Positions 1-13,212 of a DNA stretch of 64,000 nucleotides are shown in pieces. Where the stretch lies: positions 116,560,001 to 116,624,000 of the forward strand of contig OX597821.1 in assembly GCA_951406725.2 (NCBI GenBank), in the 5' to 3' direction. The stretch comes from Octopus vulgaris (lineage: Eukaryota). The position numbers were made by a program, and so were the translations under genes. The stretch's first letter is position 1, and each line of letters starts with the position of its first letter. The notes under the pieces were generated by a model that saw only the letters and a list, made by a program, of their open reading frames with translations, had not been told where the DNA came from and searched no databases.

Positions 1-216
1 GTTTAGCCCCTTGTGGGTAGTAAAGAAATAGGTATTTCGTCTGCCGCTACGTTCTGAGTTCAAATTCTGCCGAGGTCGACTTTGCTTTTCATCCTTCTGG
101 TGGTCGATAAATTAAGTACCTGTTACACACTGGGGTCGATCTAATCAACTTAATCCCTTTGTCTGTCCGTGTTTGTCCCCTCTATGTTTAGCCCCTTGTG
201 GGCACTAAAGAAATAA
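1..216 (+). mobile_element. SINE family A, headless tandem units
   Basis: Tail ...GTGGGTAGTAAAGAAATA joined directly to GGTATTTCGTCTGCC. Contains B-box GAGTTCAAATTC and the GTCGACTTTGCCTTTCATCC core shared with more than 10 other copies. Confidence 0.85.
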
Positions 217-219
217 GAA

Positions 220-900
220 GGACAGAAAGAGGTGTGTTGCTGTAGAGGAAATACATGGTTACCACATTTGGAGGAAGAGAGAGAGAGAGAGAGAGAGAGA
301 GTGATCAAAAATGAAAGTGAAAGTGGAGGAGAACAAGAATGAGAAAGATGGTGGTGATGTGCCAGGTCCACCTCTCTAGGTACAGGGATGAGAATATAAA
401 TGGGATGGTAGAGCATTGCCAAAAGTGTATGAATAGGGTGTTCAAGGGAATGAAAAGAAGGGGTAAGGGGTGATGCAGTGACTGGTGAAACCTGGGTATA
501 TGGAAGGATGGGGCAACTGGATGCAGTGGGTAGGGCAGTGAGGAGAGGATCGGGATGCAGGAGTAGGGAGGGAGAGATAAGCATTTTGGATAGGAAAAAG
601 GATTTGTAAGGAAGCGAAGGAGAAGCAGAGATGTAGTTTGGTTTATTGGAGGACAGGGTGTGTGAAAAATTTGAATGTTACATGTGGGTGGAACAAAGCA
701 TTCCCAAAACTCAGTTTCACTGAGGTAGGTGGGTCTTCTCAAGAACCCCTAATATCTCCAGACATCTTGATCCATTGTCTTCTCCTCCTTGAGGTCCAAC
801 ATCCTGAGATTGATCCTCACCACTTCATCACATGTTTTCCTGAGTTTCCCTCTTCCACAGATTGCCATCTACTTTAAGCGATTGGCATTTCTTTATACAG
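220..900 (-). mobile_element. RTE-clade LINE 3' remnant (ORF end plus long 3' UTR)
   Basis: Reverse strand 900-740 reads, with a frameshift, CIKKCQSLKVDG.CGRGKLRKTCDEVVRINLRMLDLKEEKTMDQDVWRY, a typical RTE C-terminus. 220-270 resembles 31350-31405. Confidence 0.6.
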
Positions 901-1584
901 TCGTCATCATTCATATGCATCACAATCATCATCATCATCGTTTAATGTCTGTTTTCCATGCTGGCATGGTTTGGACAGTTTGACTGAGGTCTGGAAAACC
1001 AGAGGCTACACCAGGCACCACTCAGGGAGCACTGGCACCACTTGATAACTGCTGCTGACAAAATAAGTACTCAGCTTAAAATAAAAAATACATACTGGGG
1101 GTCAATTCATTCAACTAAAAATTCTAGAAGGTGATGCCCCAGCATGGCCACAATCTGATGATTGAAACAAATAAAACGAATAAAAAGATACAAAATAAAA
1201 GATCAACCATCTTAATGACTGTCCTTTTGTCCTTCCATAGTATGACCAAGGATTTCAATGGAAACTACATAGCTCAGCTTAATTTTTTTTCCATTACATA
1301 CTTCCATACTTGATAAGCACATAAAACCTAAGGTCTACATTAAGAGTCTGGATGGGGAAATTAAAAGCCATTTTAAGCCTTCTTTTAGCTTCCACGATCA
1401 TCATTAACACCATTGTTATACTGTAATCAGTTGATCTATATTGGCATCAACTAAACTGGCCTCCGCAATAACAGCATCTCTTCATGTGCTTCAAACTGTT
1501 ATTCATTGCCATTGAAAGGACTGCATGAGTCAAAACTGGATCTTTTACTCCAATTAATCTTCTTCACCTTAGATTAAACCATTT

Positions 1585-1732
1585 CATATACATACATACA
1601 TGCATACACGTGTATGTGTATGTATGTGTATGTGTGTGTGTGTTTATATATGTATGCATAAATCTGTATATACATATATATATATATATACAAACACATA
1701 CATATACACATATATATATGCATATATGTGTG

Positions 1733-1778
<46 letters not shown>

Positions 1779-2025
1779 CACATATATATATGTACTCATA
1801 TATATGTATGCATATATATATAAATACATACATACACACACATATCTATACACACACATATGTGTATATACATATATGTATATACACATATGTGTGTATA
1901 TACATATGTGCGTGTATATATATATATATGTTTATATATACACACACACACACACACACACATATATGTATGTATGTATACATGCATATATACACAAACA
2001 TGTATACACACAAACACACATGTAC
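1585..2025. repeat. Compound (TA)/(CA)/(TG) microsatellite
   Basis: Directly visible. Confidence 0.95.
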
Positions 2026-2183
2026 CTTTCTGTTTTTAAACTTTTCTTTCCACGTTTTTATTTCTCTTTTGTTTTCACTCATTTATTTTCCTTTGATGAA
2101 AATTGCATGGAGAATGACAGGTGCTTCATTTTTTTTTTTTAATCAGTCCTCACTCCCCACTGTCATTGCTAAATGGTGATGAC

Positions 2184-2545
2184 CCACCACCACCACCACC
2201 ACCACTACCACCATCACCTACACCACCACCACCATCACCTCCACCACTACCACCTCTACCACCAATACTATCACTACCACCACCACCACCACCACCACCA
2301 CCTTCACCACCACCATCACCATCAACTACACCACCACCATCATCATCACCACCACCACCACCACCTCCACCACTACCACCTCTACCACCAATACTATCAC
2401 TACCACCACCACCACCACCACCACCACCTTCACCACCACCATCACCATCAACTACACCACCACCATCGCCACCACCATCATCATCACCACCACCACCGTC
2501 ACCTCTGCCGCCGCCAACAGCAACAATAACGACAACAACAACCAT
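2184..2545. repeat. (CAC)n microsatellite with internal ~126-bp duplication
   Basis: CACCTCCACCACTACCACCTCTACCACCAATACTATCACTACC... occurs at about 2236 and 2362. Confidence 0.9.
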
Positions 2546-2817
2546 TAACACCAGACAACATGGAGCTTAGCTTTTATGTTTTTTAAATCCCCATCGTCTC
2601 CACCCTTATCCTCATCCACCCCCTCCATCTCTGTTACATTAAGGCAACAGCTTAATAGGTAATGAAACCAGTTGCTTTTACACCTTAACCTGTATTTATT
2701 CTGATAAAGGGGACAGGCTTAATACCTGCCTGTAATAAATAATTCACTCACTAAAAAAAATCCAGGTAAATAAATAACGAAGTAAACTCATTGTGTGTGT
2801 GTGTGTGTGTGTGTGTG

Positions 2818-3199
2818 TGGTTCTGGGCTTAGTCCCACTGTGTGACACCTTGGGCAAGTGTCTTCTGCAATACCCTCAGGCTGGCCAAAGCTTTCTGAGT
2901 GGATTTGGCAGGTGGAAACTGAAGGAAGCTCATCATGTAGATATATATTTATATATCTAGTTAATCTAAACATGAACAAAGAGAAAACACAACAACGTGA
3001 GGACGTGGAACAAGTATAGTGTTATTGGACACTGAGGAAAGGAAAGAAAGAAGGAGGATTTAACGTTTCGAGCGGAGCTCTTTGTCAGAAACATGGAAAA
3101 AAGGAAAAGTCCAAGGAAGGGAAGACAGAGAAAGAAAATCGCCAACGATACACACGCGATCACATATTCAAAATATATATATAGCTATGTGTGTGTGTT

Positions 3200-3261
<62 letters not shown>

Positions 3262-3495
3262 TGAATGTGTGTGTGTCTTTGTGTCTATTTTTCTGCTACC
3301 ACTGCTTGACAACTGGTGTTGGTTTGTTTACACCCACCTCCCATCACACATAGAAGTTCAGAAAAAAGCGACCATCATTATAAGTACTAAGCTGGTAAAA
3401 AATAAGTACTGGAGTCGATTCGTTCAACTAAAAAATTCTTCAAGGCAGTGCCCCAGCATGGCCACAGTCTAATGACTGAAACAATGAAAACTTAA
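2818..3495 (+). mobile_element. SINE family B, interrupted by an HHR-bearing insert
   Basis: ACCTTGGGCAAGTGTCTTCT core and CCAGCATGGCCACAGTCTAATGACTGAAAC tail. Foreign 2955-3172 lies in its internal microsatellite. Confidence 0.8.
3058..3092 (-). ncRNA. Degenerate minimal type-I hammerhead motif
   Basis: Reverse strand: GTTT-CTGACAA-A-GAGC-tcc-GCTC-GAAA-CGTT-AAAT; core has G8A. Confidence 0.55.
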
Positions 3496-3662
3496 AAGCC
3501 ATATTTCACTCCTTAATGGTTACCTCTGAAGAGTGCAGGGTTACATAATCAGACTGTTACCTAACACTCCATTAAACCCCTAGTGCAAAACTGATCAGTA
3601 AGATCAGCTGTGATGGATATATAATACTGTATACTTTGATTAATACACACACACATATATAT

Positions 3663-3803
3663 TAATAATATTTTATAAATTTAAAGCTTATAAGTGATCA
3701 CTGTTAAATGACTAAAGAAAATAGTCTAATATTGGGGTATAGACTATTTTCTTTAGTCAATTAACAGTGATACTTTAAGCTTTAAGCTTCAAAAATATTA
3801 TTA
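3663..3803. repeat. Fold-back inverted repeat with 3' tail between microsatellites
   Basis: 3697-3728 is the reverse complement of 3740-3771 with 1 mismatch; outer arms are looser. Confidence 0.8.
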
Positions 3804-3848
3804 TTTACACAATTGTAAAGCACGACACTGCTTACTAAATCATTGCTG

Positions 3849-3894
<46 letters not shown>

Positions 3895-4279
3895 GTGCGT
3901 ACACACACACACACACACATGTATATAACTGAAAAGATTGGCACCAACAAGAAGGGGTGCAGTTGGACATTTAATTTTTAATCACTACAATTGTTTTCAC
4001 GCAATGCAATCCTCCAAGTGCACAGGTACTTGATTATGTAACTGTTTCCCTGCATTATGAAATCTGAGAGGAGGTGGTGGTGGTGGTGGGATCTTGTCCT
4101 GCAAGTTACTTGAGGAACTCAGAAATGCCAGAGCCACATAAAATGCATCCAGTCAGTACACTCTGTGAAGAGGCTGGCATTAGGAAGGGCACCTGAACAT
4201 TGAATCTTTACCAAAGCCCTCTGGCTCATCAGTTCCTGTTAACCCATCCAACCCATGCCAGCATGGAGAAAGGGACATT

Positions 4280-4570
4280 ATATGATGATAAAGATGATGA
4301 TGATGATGATGATGATGATGATATGATGGTGTTGGCAGTTGTGGTGAGGATGATGATGGTGGTGATGGTGATGATGGTGATGGTGATGATGATGGTGGTG
4401 GTTGTGATGGTGATGGTGATGATGATGATGATGATGACGACGACAATAATGGTAATTATGATGATGATGATGATGATGGTAACAATGATGATGATGCTGA
4501 TGATGATGACAATGATGATGGATGATAATGATGATGATGATAATGATGACCACGACAATGACGATGATGA
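4280..4570. repeat. (GAT)n/(GGT)n tract at the tail of a family C copy (4090-4280)
   Basis: Follows CCAACCCATGCCAGCATGGAGAAAGGGACATTA. Confidence 0.85.
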
Positions 4571-4950
4571 CCTGGAGCTAAAATGACAAAACCAACAATA
4601 ACCATACAGTTTCTGCCAGAGATTTTTTCCAGCAGCTTCCATCAGGTTGATGTTAAACTAAGCAGAGAGTCTCTGACAAAGATGGATTCTTGTGGTTAAT
4701 CCAAAGCTGAAACTTGATCCCTACAACGGCTGAATCTTGCAAATAACGGCAAAAAATATCACAAAGTATATTTTCAAGATCAATAAGCGTTTGTTTGCCT
4801 GTTTTGTTTTGGCTTTTCTTCACTCGAATACATGATGTTTATTATTGAGAAGAGAAATCCACAAGCAATCTTCCTGCTACAGCTGATTAGGTCTTTCAGT
4901 GACACACATCCATTCCACTGTCACCATTATCATGCATGTTACATTGTATA

Positions 4951-4990
<40 letters not shown>

Positions 4991-5052
4991 TCATCATCAT
5001 CATCATCGTTTAGCGTCCGTTTTCCATGCTAGCATGGGTTGAACATATATAT

Positions 5053-5460
5053 GTAGGTGTAGGAATGGCCATGTGGTAAGTAGCTTGCTTGCCAATCACA
5101 TGGTTCTGGGTTCAGTCCCACTGCGTGACACCTTGGGCAAGTGTCTTCTACTATAGCCTCGGGCCGACCAAAGCCTTGTGAGTGGATTTCGTAGACGGAA
5201 ACTGAAAGAAGCCCGTCGTATATATGTATGTGTGTGTGTGTATGTTTGTATGTTTGTGTGTCTGTATTTGTTCCCCCCACCCAACATCGCTTGACAACCG
5301 ATGCTGGTGTGTTTACATCCCCGTAACTTAGCAGTTTGGCAAAAGAGACCGATAGAATAAGTACTAGGCTTACAAAGAATAAGTCCTGGGGTCAATTTGC
5401 TCGACTAAAGGCGGTGCTCCAGCATGGCCGCAGTCAAATGACTGAAACAAATAAAAGAGA
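5053..5460 (+). mobile_element. SINE family B, full length (tRNA-like head, CORE-like segment, internal microsatellite)
   Basis: Head TAGGTGTAGGAATGGCCATGTGGTAAG...GGGTTCAGTCCC; core ACCTTGGGCAAGT; tail GACTGAAACAAATAAAAGA. Confidence 0.88.
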
Positions 5461-5619
5461 GTATGTATATATATATAATAATAATAATGAAATTATTGTA
5501 TACAGTGCTCAGGTGCACCACAACTTGTCAAAAGTGCATATATAGCATATGCAGAAATGTCTGGAAAGTGAACAGTGTATGAGTGCGTATGTGAAAGGTG
5601 CATTCCAGAGGTTTTGAAA

Positions 5620-5872
5620 ATTTTCAGAAGTTTGAGGCATTGAGCCTCATGGAGGTAATGTGACTGGGTTCCTTTCAAATGTTGGGCCTCGCAAAGGCAA
5701 TGACTGTGACCTTTAGCATTATGTTCTGCTTGAGAAGAAGACCCACCAAGCAAAATCACAGTCATGGCAGATACTGGTATCACACAAATGACACCCATGC
5801 CAGTGGAACATAAAAGCACCCGTTACTCTCTTGTAGTGGTTGGCATTAGGAAGGGCATCCAACTGTAGAACA
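5620..5872 (+). mobile_element. RTE ORF-end remnant fused to family C repeat
   Basis: CCTTTCAAATGTTGGGCCTCGCAAAGGCAATGAC matches the RTE end at 17855-17945, then GCATTAGGAAGGGCATCC. Confidence 0.6.
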
Positions 5873-5874
5873 CT

Positions 5875-6088
5875 GGTCTGTTGCAGGTGAGCTGCTAAAT
5901 GCAGGAGGAGAAAGTGAGAGAAAGTGGTGGCAAAAGAGTCAGCAGAGGTTTGCCATTACCTTCTGCTGGAGCTGTGTGGAGCTTAGATGTTTCACTCATA
6001 AACACATACATCACCTGGTCTGAGATTCGAACCTGCAATCCCTCGACTGCAAATCTGCTGCTCTAACCACTAGGCCATGTGCCTCCAT
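5875..6088 (-). mobile_element. tRNA-derived SINE family E
   Basis: Reverse strand A-box TGGCCTAGTGG and B-box GGTTCGAATCT; body homologous to 58858-59160. Confidence 0.75.
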
Positions 6089-6851
6089 GTATTGTAATAT
6101 TACAATCATGAAATTAGCATTAGCTTATCTTACTTTTTCTTGGGGAACCTCTAGGAGCCTTTTGTGTAACCCTAGGGTTCCGGGGACACCAGTTGAGAAA
6201 CACTGCTATAAACCATCTCCTTTATAGCATCATACCTGCTCTTGTCCCTCTATCACACTTTAATCTCCCCACACCTGGCACAAAACCAACACCCCTTTCT
6301 TTAAAATAGTGCCCCCACCACTAAGTCAAGGGGCCGTTTTCCTTTCCTTGTTCTGCTCCTGTCTTGCAAGTTACTTAGTTGCCTCACTAGTGCTGGTGGC
6401 ATGAAACAAAGCACCCAGTACATGCTGTAAAGGGGTTTGTATTAGAAAGGGCATAGAGGTGGAGAACGCATGACAAAGCAGATGCTGTTTGCTGGGTCCT
6501 GTCAAATCAACCCAACCACGGGGCCAGAATGGAAAATGGATGTTTAAACAACAAGGAGAAGGAATTATCACACACACACACACACACATTAGGAAGGGCA
6601 TCCAGCCATAAAAACCCTGCCAAAACTGACACAGTAGCCTGGGGTGGTCTTCTACTGTCCTACCCCTGCATGCATGAAAAACATATGTTAAACAATGATG
6701 ATGATGATGATGATGATGGTGATAAGGATGAGAGACATACATGCACAAACCCACACACACACAGATGCACACATACACATATATAGATGCACACACGCAC
6801 ACATATATAGATGCATGCGTGCGCTCACACACACACACACACATGTATATA

Positions 6852-7264
6852 TCTATAATATAAATTGGACATGGGCGATCGTTATATTCTTTCTTGTCTT
6901 GAGGTTCACAGCCAAACGATTGGGTGGATCTGCGTGAAAAATGGCACTCATGTGGAGACGGGTGCATAGATTGGAATGCAGTTTGTATTTTTTTCCTAGC
7001 ATCCATACTTACCGAGAAAATTAATTAAAACTTTTTCTAATGGAATTCTCCTCTTTCTTCCGCCATTAAAACAACCAGTTGCTTAGAAGCTGTTTTCTGA
7101 CAGAGTGGTGGGTTTAGGAAATTGTCATACAGCTGAAGGCTCCAATCGAAACAGGGGACCCGAAATGTTAAGGTTGACAAACGCTGTAATAGATTATGCC
7201 TAACCGAAAACGATCACAGCCACATCATCCAAACAGACTGGGTGAAACCGGGCTTAGCTGCTAA
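6852..7264 (+). mobile_element. Probable non-autonomous Helitron
   Basis: Starts A|TCTATAATATAAA; ends with hairpin CTGG-GTGAAA-CCGG about 10 nt before CTAA|T (CTRR); A/T insertion site, no target site duplication (TSD). Confidence 0.6.
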
Positions 7265-8509
7265 TATATATATATATATATTTGTACAATTATAAATAAG
7301 GGCAAAAGAAAGATATTTCTATGCCAATATGCTGAGAAATAGATTTTAAATCGCCAATCACCACATACGAAATACATCACTACGAACACACGTTTTGCTG
7401 AAATTGAGGAAAGCACGCTAACAGAATTTTATTAAAAATGCGTTAAATCTATATATGTATGTATGTATATATGTATTGTATCTCTATATATGTATATATG
7501 TATTGTATCTCTATATATGTATGTATTCTATCTCTCTATATGTACGTATTGTATCTCTATATATTTATGTATTCTATATCTCACTCTATATATATCTATG
7601 TATTGTAACTGTGTTCATTTCCTTCCTTTTTAGTAGATTGGAGCCAATGGTATTGAATATTTGTGTGAATTATTTCATGCAGAGTAACTGTTGTAGATTA
7701 GGTGTGAATTTTAACCGAGACAGAACCCACAGAGGACATTGTTGTCGCTCAAGCGTTCGATTATTGAAGCATGTCGACAGCCCGTAGCATTAAGTAGTGC
7801 AAATACATATGAATTAGTAATTTCTTTGCCATGTCACTTTGAATATCCTTTTTTTCCTGTTCTCTTATCTGACCAACTAATCAGGGTGCACACACACACA
7901 CACACACACGCACGCACGCACACACACACATGCGCACACACACATGCATGCATGCACGCACAAACACATACATGCATGCATGGACGCACACACGGTGATG
8001 TTGAGAATGATGTCTGTTTTGGAAGTGGTCATTGACTAACAAGGAAAGTGGTGAACTGTCAACTTGGTGTGTGTGGGGGTGGAGGTGTGGCTGATAGTCG
8101 GGGTGAGGTGGGTGGGGGAGAGATGTCAAGGCAGAATAATGACAATCAATGAAATGGTTTCTATGGCTACAATAAACAACTATAAATTTGATGACTCTTA
8201 CTTACTAACTACTACTACTACTACTACTACTACTGCTGCTGTTGCTGCTGCTGCTGCTGCCATGGGTTGTGGTTGTGGTGGGGACAAAAGTAGTGGTACT
8301 GTTATTGCTGTTGCTGTTGTTGTTGTTAAGCTACAAGCCGGGTAAGGGTGATTAAGGTGATGGTCTAGGGCTTAGGGGCGGGAGACCCCAGACCTTGGAA
8401 AAGAAAAACTTTGGTCGTCTTGTTGACACCCGGGGGGGTAGCCATCGAAGTCACAGGAAATGGAGATCTCCAGGTCCAAATTATTGAATGGCTGCTGTTG
8501 CGGTTGTGG

Positions 8510-8556
<47 letters not shown>

Positions 8557-8981
8557 GGTGGTGGTGGTTGATCCCAACTGGCATTGACAATTCAATTATT
8601 CCATCATACGTTCCTGAATTAAATTGTAAGTTGGCTGAGTATTCCGTAGTCATATGTACTCTTAGCATAATTCTTCAGCCGAACCAACAGAGCACAGTGA
8701 GGGCGACAAGGTTTGAACCTTTCAAATTACAAATACAACCCATCTGACAAGCTTCCATACAGTTTCCCCTCCAGACAATTTCCCTCTTAGCTTTGAGTCA
8801 ACCCAAGGACAAAAAAACTGACATTTGTCCAAGGTACTGTGCAGTGAGATTGAACCCTAGACGTCATGGCTGCAAAGCAAATTTCTAAATCATTTCACCA
8901 TACAATGACTATTATAAATACTACAAAAGAAAAAAAAAACTGTATACATCACTTACAGTTCTCTGTGGTTTGGGACATCAA

Positions 8982-9345
8982 TAGGTGCAGGTGAGGGTCT
9001 GTAGTTAGAAGTTTGCTTTCCAACCACATGGTTCTGGGTTCAGTCCCACTGCATGGCACCCTGGTCAAGTGTCTTCTACTATAGCCTCGAGCTGACCAAA
9101 GCCTTCTGAGTGGATTTGGTAGATTGAAACTGAAAGAAGCCCATTGTAAATGTGTGTGTGTGTGTGATTTTATGTCTGTGTTTGTCCTCACCACCATCCC
9201 CGTAACTTAGCGGTTCAGCAAAGGAGACCAACAGAATTAAGTACCAAGCTTAAAAATAAGAAGCACTGTGATCAGTTCATTTGACTGAAAAATGCTTCAA
9301 GGCAGTGCTCCAGCATGGCCACAGTCTAATGCCTGAAACAAGTGA
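8982..9345 (+). mobile_element. SINE family B
   Basis: Same head, core and tail as 5053-5460. Confidence 0.85.
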
Positions 9346-9468
9346 AGTTTTTAAAAAATGGAAGATCAATCTTTGTTTATCACTGATTCATTCATCACTG
9401 ATCTGGAACAACATGGTACGTACGCTCATTTGTGAACCATGTTACACTTAGCATATATTGATCTGTAA

Positions 9469-9850
9469 TAGGCGCAGGTTTGGCTGTGGGGTAAGTAGCT
9501 TGCTTCCCAACCAAATGTTACCAGGTTCAGTCCCTCTGTGTGGTCCCTTCGGCAAGTGTATTCTACTATAGCCTCAAAATCCACTTGTGAGTGGATTTGG
9601 TAGACAGAAACTGAAAGAAGCCCGTCATGTGTGTGTGTGTGTGTGTGTGTATTCGTGTGCCTGTGTTTGTCACCCCACCATTGCTTGACAACCGATGTTG
9701 GTGTGTTTATGTCCACATAACTTAGCGGTTCGGCAAAAGAGATCAATAAAATAAGTACTAGGCTTACAAAGAATTAGTCTTGGGGTCGATTTGTTCAACT
9801 AAAGGCAGTGCTCCAGCATGGCCACAGTCTAATGACTGACACCAGTAAAA
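9469..9850 (+). mobile_element. SINE family B flanked by ~115-bp direct repeat
   Basis: About 9357-9470 is repeated at about 9859-9973. Confidence 0.85.
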
Positions 9851-10030
9851 GTCTAAAACAATGAAAGGTCAATCCTTGTTTATCACTGATTCATTCATCA
9901 CTGATCTGGGACAACATGGTACGTACTCTCATTTGTGAACCATGTTACACTTATCACATATTGATCCGTAATAACACAGATCAGCAACCAATCAAACATT
10001 CTGATTCTCATGATATTTTTTATGTTATTC

Positions 10031-10092
<62 letters not shown>

Positions 10093-10095
10093 TTA

Positions 10096-10715
10096 AGGCA
10101 GCAAGCTGGCAGAAACATTAACATGCTGGATGAAATGCTTAGCGATATTTCATCTGTCTTTATGTTCTGAGTTCAAATTCCACCGAGGTCAGCTTTACCA
10201 TTCATCCTTTCGGGGTTGATAAATTAAGTACCTGTTGCAAAATTAAGCAGGTCCTGTATTTCAAAGGGTCGTCTTTGTTACATTCTATGTTAAGCTCAGT
10301 AATGTAGCTAGTGGAAGGGGGGGGTGCTTTTAAGTCTGCTATAGGCAATATGTTTTTTGTGGGATCTGGGGGTGACAAATGGAAGGGCTGCCCTGGGTTG
10401 CACACACTCTAGCTGTACTAGTGGTCCAGCTGAATCTCTCTCTGAGAATTATGTTATGGGTATACGTGTCTGTGGAGCCCTCAGCCAATTGCATGTTAGT
10501 TTCGTGAGCAGGCTGTTCCATTGATCGGATCAACTTGAATATTTGTTGCCATAACCGATGGAGCGCCAGTCACACTGAATCTCCCTCTGAGAACTACACT
10601 ATGGATACACAGGTCTACGGAGCACTCAGCCACTTGCCTGTTAATTTCACAAGCAGACTGTTCCATTGATCGGAACCATTGGAACACTCAACATCATCGT
10701 AACCAAGGGAATGCC
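10096..10715 (+). mobile_element. SINE family A head/core with alternative tail; tail tandemly duplicated (~145 bp)
   Basis: CTGAATCTC(T/C)CTCTGAGAA...CTGTTCCATTGATCGGA at about 10430 and 10575. Confidence 0.7.
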
Positions 10716-10904
10716 AGCCATGAACAAACGTAGACACCCTCTCGGTCTTTCCACCCTTAACCCTGCGGAACATTTTGAATATGTGAGCTGGGGAGAGAGG
10801 TAGGGAGAAAGAAAGAGGAGAGAGAGAGAAAGAGAGAGAGTGGGAGAGAGAGGGGGAGAGAGAGAGAGGAAGAGAGAGATGGTGATGCACTGACATTTGT
10901 TTCT

Positions 10905-11283
10905 TTTATTCATTCATTTGTTTCAGTCATTTGACTGCGGCCATGCTGGAGCTCCACCTTTAGTCGAAGAAACCGACCCAGGACCTATTCTTTGTAAGCC
11001 TAGTACTTATTCTATCTGTCTCTTTTGCCGAACTGCTAAATTAAGGGATGTAAACACACCAATATCGGTTGTTAAGCGATGTTGGGAGGACAAACACAGA
11101 CACACACACATATATATATACGACAGGCTTCTTTCAGTTTCCATCTATGAAATCCGCGCACAAGGTTTGGTCAGCCTGAAGCTATAGTAGAAGACACTTG
11201 CCCAAGGTGTCACACAGTGGAAATGAACCTAGAACCATGTGGTTGATAAGCAAGCTACTTACCACACAGCCACTCCTGTACCT
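10905..11283 (-). mobile_element. SINE family B
   Basis: Reverse-complement match to the family consensus. Confidence 0.85.
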
Positions 11284-12368
11284 ATGGTACATTTTTTCTT
11301 TTATTGACCCTATAAGGATGGACGGTAATGATGACCCCACACAGATTTGAACTTGGAGTGGAGAGACAGTCAGTTCAATTTTCACAATGCATTTTTTCCG
11401 ATGCTCTACCAACTCAACCATCCAGTGACATAACCAGAAGGTGTTACACTTGCCCCACCCCCACCCCTGGGGACAGGGTAGGGAAGACTGCCTCTATCCT
11501 TTCCCCCTCACCCCTCCCTTTTTTAAGTAAGTCTGGTTACCCATGCCATAAGTCGCTGTCCTTTGTCCAGCGTCAGACCAAACCCCAGTCAAACAAACCC
11601 TGTGATCAAAAGCATTCCGACTCCCTTTTGGTGGTGAGTATCTCGGACTACATTGGTTGATGTGTCTCTGCTGCTCTCCCTACCACCATTTCTCCTATTC
11701 CACCTCCGCTTCCTACTGCCACTACTGCCGCTGCTGCTACTACTACTACTACTACTACTTCTACTACTACTACTACCACTACTACCACAACCACCACCAC
11801 CACCAGCATCACCATCGCCACTGCTACTACTACTACTACTACTAGGGATTTGTTATTCATTGTCTTTATTATTTTCATATCAGTGAGATTGCAGATTACA
11901 CAACCATTTCTCTTCTACACAGTTTATCACTCACTTCATTTAACTTGTGGTTTCTCTATTTATATATCAGTATTATTATTATTATTGTTTTGTTGTTGTT
12001 GTTGTTGTTATTATCATTGTTGTTGTTGTTGTTGTTATTGCTTTTATTATTATTATTATTATTATTATCATTATTATTGTTATTTGTATTTCATTTATGT
12101 AATCCTAACCCTAACCACTACAGTTGATCTTTATTTTAAACATACAACTTCTTCTTCTTCTTCTTCTTCTCTCCTCCCCTTCCTTCCTCTTCTCTCCTCC
12201 TCCCCCTCCACTAAGCTCCCTTTCTCATTTCTTTTTCTCTCTCTCTCTCTCTTCCCTACATTAGTAATCCCTTTATTTTCCTTCTTTTCTATTTATTCTA
12301 CCTTCCTTTTATCTGAAAAAACGTTTTTTTTTCTCATTCTTGTTCTCCTTCTTTCAAAGTCATGCTTT

Positions 12369-12439
<71 letters not shown>

Positions 12440-12711
12440 GTATGTAAGTATGTATATATATATATATTTATCTCAACATTATATTATATTTATATTTATC
12501 AGATATAAGTGAAGTTTGATATTCATCTTGAAACTGGCAATCTATAAAAAAAGTAAACCATCTTTTCTTATAACGTATATTAATATGATGTATTGTAATA
12601 ATAGTTAACAAATTCTGAATCACACATCTTGCATTAATATAAATAAATGTTTTACAATACACTGCAGTACAAAAATCTACATACCACTTCATAGAATATA
12701 CCACAAGAGCA

Positions 12712-12952
12712 GAAGGCGACAAGCTGGCAGAAACGTTAGCGCGCCGGGTTTAGTTGTATTTTGTCTGTTGTTACGTTCTGAGTTCAAATTCCACCAAGGT
12801 TGACTTTGCCTTTCATCCTTTTGGGGTCGTTAAATTAAGTACCAGTTACGCACTGGGGTCGATGTAATTGACTTAATCCATTTTCTTGTCCTTGTTTGTC
12901 CCTTCTATGTTTAGCCCCTTGTGGGCAATAAAGAAATAGGTATTTTGTCTGT
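12712..12952 (+). mobile_element. SINE family A
   Basis: GAAGGCGACAAGCTGGCAGAAACGTTAGC head; tail TTTAGCCCCTTGTGGGCAATAAAGAAATA followed by the start of a second unit. Confidence 0.85.
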
Positions 12953-13212
12953 CATGCCAATCCTCACATGGGATCATAAGTGTTGGGTATTAACCTTTAT
13001 ATTACTGTATTTATTTTAATATGCTTTGTATTTCTTTCAATTCCTTTAAATATAACAAAGAATTTAGTAAAATAACTTAGTTATCATTAAGCCAATGTTA
13101 GGAACATAAATTGTGACTAAGGTTTGGCGGAAGATTTTGATTCAAAACTTATGAAAACAAGACATTTGTACTCAAAGCCAGGGATGGTTTCAGCTGGCTT
13201 AGTACTTTCACG

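Noticed and set aside
2121-2570. Proline-rich (extensin-like) and poly-His ORFs
   Set aside because: (CAC)n microsatellite open in several frames on both strands; no splice or domain support.
6140-6208. hAT-like TIR fragments (also near 52654 and 56737) and a piggyBac-like MITE near 12990-13200
   Set aside because: Only one end is recognisable and there is no TSD; too degraded to delimit.
8372-8668. Poly-H/poly-Q ORF resembling a transcription-factor exon
   Set aside because: Tracts are simple repeats, flanks match no domain I recognise, and overlapping frames are equally open; would need RNA-seq.
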